A stretch of 59,536 nt of DNA, filler included, from Stramenopiles sp. TOSAG23-2 (lineage: Eukaryota), in assembly GCA_900128395.1 (NCBI GenBank). It is 4 parts of 4 records of this genome, joined end to end, with 100 filler letters (N's around TTAATTAATTAA, not from the genome) between each part and the next. Parts side by side here need not be neighbours in the genome. Positions count along the whole stretch, not along the records: positions 44,737 to 59,536 come from LT649745.1; 3 more parts are not named here. One strand, given 5' to 3'. Shown here piece after piece: positions 53,401 through 59,536 of the stretch. Within the stretch, counting starts at the first letter, position 1, and the number at the start of each line of letters is the position of its first letter. Position numbers and translations under genes: made by a program. Under the pieces are notes generated by a model. The model saw only the letters and a list, made by a program, of their open reading frames with translations, had not been told where the DNA came from and ran no database searches.

Positions 53401-56400
53401 CTGTTTTTGCATGAACTTCGCGGAGCGTGACGCCAGGGCTGTCGCAAACCATCCCCTCGTGGCATGGAATGCAACGCGCGGTGGATTCTTTTTGTATCGC
53501 ATCCCCATGTTCAATTACAAATACTTTTGGAGCATCGCTGCTGTCGCTTATATTTTGGCGATTATCATAGAATCCTTTCATACATTGGCATTCCCCAGAA
53601 GTCATCGCGCCGACTTGCTCTGAAAATGAATTTGGGACTACCAAGTTGCACTGCTTGCATTGCGTTTGCCCAAACTCATCTTGGTACTGCCCACCTAGAC
53701 ATTGGGTACAGGTAGCTGCGCCCATGCCGCTGTACCGGCCAGGCTCGCAATCGGTACAAAAAAGTTTCTGCGTATCTAGAGTCTCGGAAGGTAGAAACTT
53801 GCCAGCATCGCATTGTCGGCAACTCCCGGGCATTAAATCATACTCGAAACCAGGAGGGCAGCTGGTTACTGACTTTGCCTTAATCGTGCATTTATGCGTT
53901 GTTTTCGTGCCTTGTAAGTATAAACCATCGTTGCATGTGTTGGATCCATCATTATGAATCATGCACTTTGTAAGTTCTCCTTGATTTAATGCGCACGTCG
54001 ATTTTTGGTTGTTGACAGCGCAACAAGCACTGTTACATGCTTTGTTGAAATTTGACACATGCCTCCATGCTGCGACATTGTCGTCCAATTCGCTATTCCC
54101 TTCAATGTCATTATGAGCTTTTGCCTTCCCAGCATAATTGTTTCCAAACCCGCATTTTCTCACAGTTGCTTGAAAATGATTTGAGTCACACGTTAACTCA
54201 TTGCATTTGTAATCCCCGTTGTTGCTACCTTTATCTAGTTTAATAGCACCGCCATCACCTTGCACCGCTCCGTTCTCTCCGAAAGTTGTATCAAACAACG
54301 CGAATTTCAAAACTGATTTTTTCGCAACCGTTTTTCCACCAAGTACATTTATCGCGCCCCCGCTTTTCCACGCGTAGTTGCTTGTAAACGACCCGTTGAC
54401 GATCCTGGCATCCATCGAACCATGGCTGCCAAATGCACGACGCACACTTGCAACTTTACCAAGTGCGCCCCTTTCCAAGACCCGTTTGTACCTAATGCCT
54501 AACCCTATGGAAACGGCGCCGCCAAATCCGCCTGTCAGCGTCCCGAAAGTATCTACAGGGCCACGGGCCACGGACATCGCCAAATTGCTTTCAAACTTGC
54601 AGTTTGTGCACGTGAATCTAGTATTGACCGGCGCGCCAGCTGCTTGAAGATCGATCCTACCCAAATAATTTGAATCATCAGTGTAGACATCCAAGTCCGG
54701 GTCTACTATTACGCGCCCTGGTTGTGGGCTTTCAACAAATATTGCGCCGCCATTACCGGTTACTCGATTATTTCGGAATATGCAACCGTCGCATACAAAG
54801 GATTCACCGGAGAAAAAAATAGCCCCTCCGTGATTTTTCCCAATCGCACCTACAAGAGCTTCTACAGATGGCTGGGGCCGTTCGCAAAATTTAATCACAG
54901 TCGTATATGCGGGCTCGGCGTCAACAACGGCATTTGCATCGTCGTTTGCTAGATTAGGATCTAGCAAGATACGGTCCAGTGTTGACGACGCAACTGAAAT
55001 TTGAATTGCGCTGTTTTCAACATGTTCCACCAACATTGGGTTAAAATCCACGTCGTCTGAAATACCAGCATTTTGAAATTCAATGTTATTTATTGCCAAT
55101 TCTGCCTTTTCATTAAATATTTTAAGTATACGCATATTGTAGCTGTTCATGTACAATGTATCAATATCATTTCTTGTAATGCCTTCGTCAGATCTGGAAG
55201 GAGTCACCGATGGCATATCAAATGCTGGTAGTGGAACAACAATATCTGCTGGCGCAATTATAGGCTTAATCGTGTCATTGTAAAAGCCCTTGGCGCTGAA
55301 TGAAATTTTGTTGAATCTTGATACAATACCATCACGTTTTGGAATTAATTCTCCCGCCTTGAACGGCGCCATCATGGCACCTTCAAGAATGTAATAGTCA
55401 TAATTCGCCTGTTCCCCTTTTGCCTTATTTGTTACCTTGAGCACTGAAATTTTTTCCGGCCGCCACACACAATTCATCCCTGGTTGAGATATATCGCACA
55501 CTGGCATCAATTCCTGTGTATCGCCATTCTGCAGTAATTCTCCAATTTTTACCCCACTCCGAGCACAGCTATGGGTTGGAAGTTCCACCGTCAATTCAGA
55601 GCCAGATAATGATGGCGAAGCACCTGTAGGAAATGTCACTGGTCCCATAACTTCCGTAACGTGCGTGATGTATTGTGTAGGCCCAAGGTCTAATGTCAAG
55701 GCCTCGGATCCACCATGACAATAATACGTGCACGGGGGCTGCATGCAATAAATCCTGTCAACAGCGACACCTGAATTCACCAAGCCTGGGGTTGCCATCG
55801 TTGCCTGGATGCATGCAGCTGAACCTCCGGATGACGTTCCAACTTTGACCGTCCCTTCACCTACTATAGTAGCTCCAGCAGTATCAATACGCCGCTGCTC
55901 AAGTTTGTCATCTACCTTAATTTTGAAATTTGCAGGGGGGTCTGTATATCCGACCATTATATTGTTGATATCAGCGATCTTTTTCAATCCAGTGTAACAG
56001 ATTACCTGCGTCTTCGGCGAAAATGTATAACCAGAAAACTGACCCGTATGTGCAGGGTCGGTGTACCTCACTTTCAGCCGTATAGAATCAACCACTGTTA
56101 CGGCGACTTCCGCATCTTTTGATTTTAGCTTACCAGGAATGGAAACAGTAACCATGTCTCCAGTAGTTTGACGATGTGGGCCTGGGAATGTCAAGGTCAA
56201 CTCCCCTTGATTGTACACTACATTTTGCACTTGTTCCAAAACTGGTGAACGGCTAATTACCTCTAACGTTGATTTTAAAAAGAATGGGCCAGCATTGGCA
56301 TGCAACTGGATATCTAGCGATGTCGTGCCTTGTAACAAGCCTGCAGTATTATCAACTTTAAAAGCGCGCATCAAAGCATTTCCTGGATTGCAAAACTTTT

Positions 56401-59400
56401 CGACTGTATTTTTATCTAATACAATTCTTGCTACGGATCCTATTTTTTGAAATGCAGCGCCAGTGTAACTGCCAGGGCACTGCCCATTCGCGTCTAATAC
56501 TTGATCGCAGCTTCCTACCAAAACTGTTTCTGCTGCATCAGATGTTGCATTGATTTGATACGATAACAACAAGCGATTTTTCACTTGCACTAAAAAAACG
56601 CTATCCTCGCAGGATCTCAGCGAGACTGGCATGCTAGAAGCTTCTTTCCAATAACGAGAATCATCCAAAGGAGGTACCGCCTCGCCATTATTTAACGCGT
56701 TGCGTGTAGTTTGGAAATATTTCGTGTCATCAGTACTTTTTTCTTCAATTATTAAGTCGATATTAAATGTCGGGCTTTCAATAGAACGCGCAGCGCCGTA
56801 ATAACTATTTTTTTCAGCCAATGTAGATGTTGGATTTTTAAATTGTATTCCAAAAAGAGTCAAGGCATTAAATCTTGAGACAATCATTTTATACCGAACC
56901 GTATTTTTCACAACCCATGAACCTGCGCTCCACCCCATTGCTTTGGCATCTATGTTGATCGTTTTACTACCTTCGTTACTATCGAAAGCAATTACCGCTG
57001 ATCGATTTCCTGTTGAAATATTATACGTTGTACCGCTTAGTTCAAAAGATACTTCAATAGTTTTAAAGTTGCTTCTTGCGTAAATCGCAAAACTGTTCAA
57101 TGTGCCAGTGGAGACATAGTACGGACCCATGAAATTTGCCGTGAATTTTGGCCACATTTGCAATCCATGATTGTCTGTAATGTCAGGTGCGGCTGCAGCT
57201 AATGAGAGCAATCTAGGATGAAGGCACTGAGGCTGGTGTAAACGTTTTAATTTGCTCCCCAACGTCGATAAAGCAGTTGGTTGACATCTAAAATCTGTTG
57301 AAGCTTCGCTTGGAGGGGGGGGTGCTTGGCAAGCCCCTCCTGTGCACACAGCGCCACCAAAGCAACTAGTCCGGGTGATATTTTCGGTAGTCGTGACGTT
57401 GTTCGCATCGGTGCTAGTTTTAATAAACTCGACCTTCGTCGTGCGCGACGTCGTATTGTAAACACAACTCAAAACCTTGGGAGTACCAACACCATATTTC
57501 TGTCTCATCTCATCGATCAAAGTTTCATTTACTATAGATTCGTTATATGGCAAATATTTTGTCCATGTCGTCGAAACACATGATTTTGATGGACAATCAC
57601 TATCCCGTTCGCAAAATGGATAATTAGGATTATCGGTCTCTGTAACAGTTTCAAAAGTTGTACAATCGTTAGATGTAATTTGGACCGAGGTGTCTTGCAA
57701 CATGTTGACAATGCCTGTCGCTGAACATCCCTGATCTTGGCATTTTGTAGTATCGGTACTTTTGCAAGCGGCCCCACCACCTTCTACAACCTTTGATCCG
57801 TAAGTCAACGAAAAAATAGGCGACATTACCATTCGTACTTTTTTCTGAGTTGTCTGGTAATCAGAAAATTGTGCATCTGGTAACGTAGATTGATAGGAAC
57901 AAGCAACAACTTTCAACGTAGTCTTTGCGCCACTTTTTCCCGACGCGATGGGAAATGTATATTTGTATCCATACACAGTGCCACCGTCAGTCGTTGTTTT
58001 GATTTGTTGACCAACTCTACATTTGATTTCACTTTTTGTGCTGGATGGGTCTTGCATCATCATCGCCATGTTATTTGGATCGTATTCTTCATACTGATTT
58101 CTCCATATATCACAAACCGGATTAATCACCGTGTCAAAATCCCCTCCGCCTTGCGTGTAACATAGCGTGACTGGCGACTCATCATGTGGATAATTTCCGG
58201 TGATACCATTTGCGAAATTAGTCTCGTTGCAAACTTCATCATTTTGAAGCAGACGTTGAATAGTACCACCTTGACTTATCAATGTGAAATCACAACATTT
58301 AAAGTAGTTAAAATCTTTAAGGGAAGTTGGCTGGTTGGAGTCGTCGATATCACCATAAGAGAAACCATAATTGTATTGTGGACAGGTTGCTGAGTTGGCG
58401 TTATTCATCTTCCAAGCTTGAAAAAACTCTCCAGTCCTATCTTCCGTAATTGTAAGTTCAATTTCATTTTCACTATTTGGTGGCATCCACGCAATCGTTT
58501 CGTTGCGGTTGTTATTACTGGTGGATTCGATATCTATATCATTTATAAAGACTCCAGTTATTTTCAGGCCATTCATGATATACGGTGTTCGTATTTGATT
58601 TGGTGTTTGTGTACTAGCTGCAGCCGTTGTTTGGGCTCCTTTGCTCGTTTGGTAATCAACGCAACGCACACTTCCGCACTGGGAGTCCGATAAGCAAATT
58701 TCGTTATTATTTATGCATGGGGTGAATTCGTTACAAAATGTTCGTGGAGCAGAACCTCCAATCGAATTAAGACACTCCTCTTGCGTATCGTATACTTTTC
58801 CAGTAAAGGTATCGATAATTGGCCCATCATTAAACTGTGCGGTGCCTTGGTAAATAAGATCCAAGTATCCACTAGCTCTGTAAAACCTCAAGCTCATTTT
58901 CTGAAGGCGACCTGTTTCCACTATTTTCCTGCCAACAACACTATTCGCATTGCTGCAAACACCTGGTAAATTTCCACCATCCAAAGTCCAATCGCAACTA
59001 CCATGGCAGCAATCTGAATCACCGCGGCAAGGCTGTAGATCCTGAGTGCAATTCCATACTTGACATGTGCCAGCTGCAGTGGAAGACGTGACGGGCACGT
59101 TATTCATTGGAATGCCTTCACAGAACATCCTTCTTCCAGTGACCGGATCCACTCCGCACGCTTCATTTTGCCCACATTTGTCTCCAAGTCCACACAACCC
59201 ATCTGAATTGACTTGATCACATGCTACAGTACATTTTTTTATGTTTGTAATGTCATCTAATACGCATTTCCCCCCTGCGAAGCAATCTGCCTTTGAAAGG
59301 CAAGTCTCATCTTGGCCACAGTATCCTTGTTTAGAAACGCATGCCGGGGGGAAAGCAATTGAATCATAAAAGCAACCAATGGATTCACAAGTATCCTGGC

Positions 59401-59536
59401 TATATTGGACCGAACATGTAGCTTGGTCAGAGATAGCACCCAAGGTACATTGGCACAAATTATTTGTACAATTCCTAGAAACGCATGCCGCATTCCCTTC
59501 CGCCGGAGTCGCGCCTACTCCACACGATTCCTGATT
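50474..59536 (-). CDS. Giant (>3000 aa) cell-surface multi-TM protein, 5'-truncated
   Basis: Frame is open to the window end. Contains Cys-rich repeats, Pmp-like GGAI/FxxN repeats, GCC2_GCC3-like CxxCxxG repeats, a TM, 2 EF hands, 11-aa repeats and a C-terminal multi-TM block (YRRKYYFWEIIEMGRK). Confidence 0.9.
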   Translation of the reverse strand, partial: NQESCGVGATPAEGNAACVSRNCTNNLCQCTLGAISDQATCSVQYSQDTCESIGCFYDSIAFPPACVSKQGYCGQDETCLSKADCFAGGKCVLDDITNIKKCTVACDQVNSDGLCGLGDKCGQNEACGVDPVTGRRMFCEGIPMNNVPVTSSTAAGTCQVWNCTQDLQPCRGDSDCCHGSCDWTLDGGNLPGVCSNANSVVGRKIVETGRLQKMSLRFYRASGYLDLIYQGTAQFNDGPIIDTFTGKVYDTQEECLNSIGGSAPRTFCNEFTPCINNNEICLSDSQCGSVRCVDYQTSKGAQTTAAASTQTPNQIRTPYIMNGLKITGVFINDIDIESTSNNNRNETIAWMPPNSENEIELTITEDRTGEFFQAWKMNNANSATCPQYNYGFSYGDIDDSNQPTSLKDFNYFKCCDFTLISQGGTIQRLLQNDEVCNETNFANGITGNYPHDESPVTLCYTQGGGDFDTVINPVCDIWRNQYEEYDPNNMAMMMQDPSSTKSEIKCRVGQQIKTTTDGGTVYGYKYTFPIASGKSGAKTTLKVVACSYQSTLPDAQFSDYQTTQKKVRMVMSPIFSLTYGSKVVEGGGAACKSTDTTKCQDQGCSATGIVNMLQDTSVQITSNDCTTFETVTETDNPNYPFCERDSDCPSKSCVSTTWTKYLPYNESIVNETLIDEMRQKYGVGTPKVLSCVYNTTSRTTKVEFIKTSTDANNVTTTENITRTSCFGGAVCTGGACQAPPPPSEASTDFRCQPTALSTLGSKLKRLHQPQCLHPRLLSLAAAAPDITDNHGLQMWPKFTANFMGPYYVSTGTLNSFAIYARSNFKTIEVSFELSGTTYNISTGNRSAVIAFDSNEGSKTINIDAKAMGWSAGSWVVKNTVRYKMIVSRFNALTLFGIQFKNPTSTLAEKNSYYGAARSIESPTFNIDLIIEEKSTDDTKYFQTTRNALNNGEAVPPLDDSRYWKEASSMPVSLRSCEDSVFLVQVKNRLLLSYQINATSDAAETVLVGSCDQVLDANGQCPGSYTGAAFQKIGSVARIVLDKNTVEKFCNPGNALMRAFKVDNTAGLLQGTTSLDIQLHANAGPFFLKSTLEVISRSPVLEQVQNVVYNQGELTLTFPGPHRQTTGDMVTVSIPGKLKSKDAEVAVTVVDSIRLKVRYTDPAHTGQFSGYTFSPKTQVICYTGLKKIADINNIMVGYTDPPANFKIKVDDKLEQRRIDTAGATIVGEGTVKVGTSSGGSAACIQATMATPGLVNSGVAVDRIYCMQPPCTYYCHGGSEALTLDLGPTQYITHVTEVMGPVTFPTGASPSLSGSELTVELPTHSCARSGVKIGELLQNGDTQELMPVCDISQPGMNCVWRPEKISVLKVTNKAKGEQANYDYYILEGAMMAPFKAGELIPKRDGIVSRFNKISFSAKGFYNDTIKPIIAPADIVVPLPAFDMPSVTPSRSDEGITRNDIDTLYMNSYNMRILKIFNEKAELAINNIEFQNAGISDDVDFNPMLVEHVENSAIQISVASSTLDRILLDPNLANDDANAVVDAEPAYTTVIKFCERPQPSVEALVGAIGKNHGGAIFFSGESFVCDGCIFRNNRVTGNGGAIFVESPQPGRVIVDPDLDVYTDDSNYLGRIDLQAAGAPVNTRFTCTNCKFESNLAMSVARGPVDTFGTLTGGFGGAVSIGLGIRYKRVLERGALGKVASVRRAFGSHGSMDARIVNGSFTSNYAWKSGGAINVLGGKTVAKKSVLKFALFDTTFGENGAVQGDGGAIKLDKGSNNGDYKCNELTCDSNHFQATVRKCGFGNNYAGKAKAHNDIEGNSELDDNVAAWRHVSNFNKACNSACCAVNNQKSTCALNQGELTKCMIHNDGSNTCNDGLYLQGTKTTHKCTIKAKSVTSCPPGFEYDLMPGSCRQCDAGKFLPSETLDTQKLFCTDCEPGRYSGMGAATCTQCLGGQYQDEFGQTQCKQCNLVVPNSFSEQVGAMTSGECQCMKGFYDNRQNISDSSDAPKVFVIEHGDAIQKESTARCIPCHEGMVCDSPGVTLREVHAKTGYWRTSEESSMMYVCADVDAPDANKETSKFCPGGNITSMCGEGRSICSVHTSRNESCLAAYPSLTEKQLNAHCNLIYEKSGCNVDMKYNLNGIDSCCQWQSIAPLCSRCGPFTKYTKSNDLPGECFKCPDPSDPALAASRRKIQAAANLLMGGMPTLFFFVFLFMLTRAGMVFKMIDSDDSGYIEVDELIFAVRHYAGFTKEKISDNRIKKIFIVFDPDGNGKIEEAIFTSLWQHIHAEVFHPTEKKKVFKRASICILHLLKKTKDEKKKEIRKEHVEHLDDKEFTEYINNDTVEVKEKNLVHHAKQFKTSGGKKKYSLFKAKMNKVKFARNMVSDMMVGAALDVDTKAIKEGIADITDNTAEIQETDEFQEINDKTATEGVGEIEVVPDIDTSGAQVNIDTSGVVGNVGDVVGADIDGDGIQKGIDGMKAGMNKAKDGMKAGMNKAKDGAAKGMELAKDGAAKGMEAAKDGAAKGMELAKDGAAKGLELAKDGAAKGLELAKDGAKIGGELAGKGLDMANKMAPKELKDAGKKVAAGFSKQANQLDLDVPDAVKIHKIPKLGPTFKIIFGWGQIMSSFNVTFKIQWPESFDRLMDGMYAPFNLDITQYFGEVGCVQNTDYLSTFLFMMVTFAVLISLLIGAAFFAFLMKKFCPNKIFQPKYDMKTVRANGFRLLNSIVFMMYPGLSLRVFRAFANKTYGKITYLSADMSIRIIPESPEYTSLKSYAWLFMFLYVFCIPVAFGAILYTNRQAIAHDPDDHDEHIDPNWHSEVIKVRKEFGSIYGDYRRKYYFWEIIEMGRKVVLIGALVMVPIPSLQIFFGVLICFGYSFMAALMEPFSDPADQNLQFITSLQLFLTLATGFYISYRAFEVAASGMDTDQARANDMFIEPLLMLLSSAVFLCIFFVIYITFKELCIKTVVNNVKSLLEARKKKIQKEKTQKDLLKSLQGGEQVDGKSKYVVKKKEIIQITVNKSV
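51860..52130 (-). repeat. Coding minisatellite, ~8 x 33 bp (AKDGAAKGMEL)
   Basis: ccatcttttgcc recurs every 33 bp. Confidence 0.92.

Noticed and set aside
1..59536. Alternative genetic code
   Set aside because: TAA, TAG and TGA all terminate complete-looking genes, and conserved domains read correctly in the standard code.

Overview
AT-rich eukaryotic nuclear DNA, gene-dense and intron-poor, using the standard code, with many poly-Asn proteins. It is inferred to come from a flagellated heterotrophic protist, probably a stramenopile; this is not proven. The window is four unlinked contigs (1-14828, 14929-29736, 29837-44636, 44737-59536; 14828/14808/14800/14800 bp, apparently size-sorted) joined by synthetic N44-TTAATTAATTAA-N44 spacers, so linkage across spacers means nothing. 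About 26 genes or gene fragments are supported. They include a CCDC15-like centriole protein, two alpha/beta hydrolases, a PhyH dioxygenase (1 intron), a secreted collagen-like protein, a 12-TM cyclase with inverted catalytic domains, an mL45-like protein with a WW insert, an EF-hand/OTU protein, a SET/zinc-finger protein (1 intron) and a telobox Myb protein. Also present are a thiamine-PP carrier, a MYPT-like RVxF-ankyrin protein, a GH18-like hydrolase, a membrane DnaJ, a uS10m-like protein with Myb-like repeats, Angel and a >3000-aa surface receptor-like protein. Best leads: (1) a TA-flanked CAG-ended repeat whose inverted copies may bracket a 3.5-kb cargo (GH18 gene plus ankyrin pseudogene), together with many TA-duplication footprints; (2) the giant receptor and Angel, in frame and separated by one TAA; (3) several unusual domain fusions. 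All protein calls come from motif recognition by eye, not database searches.
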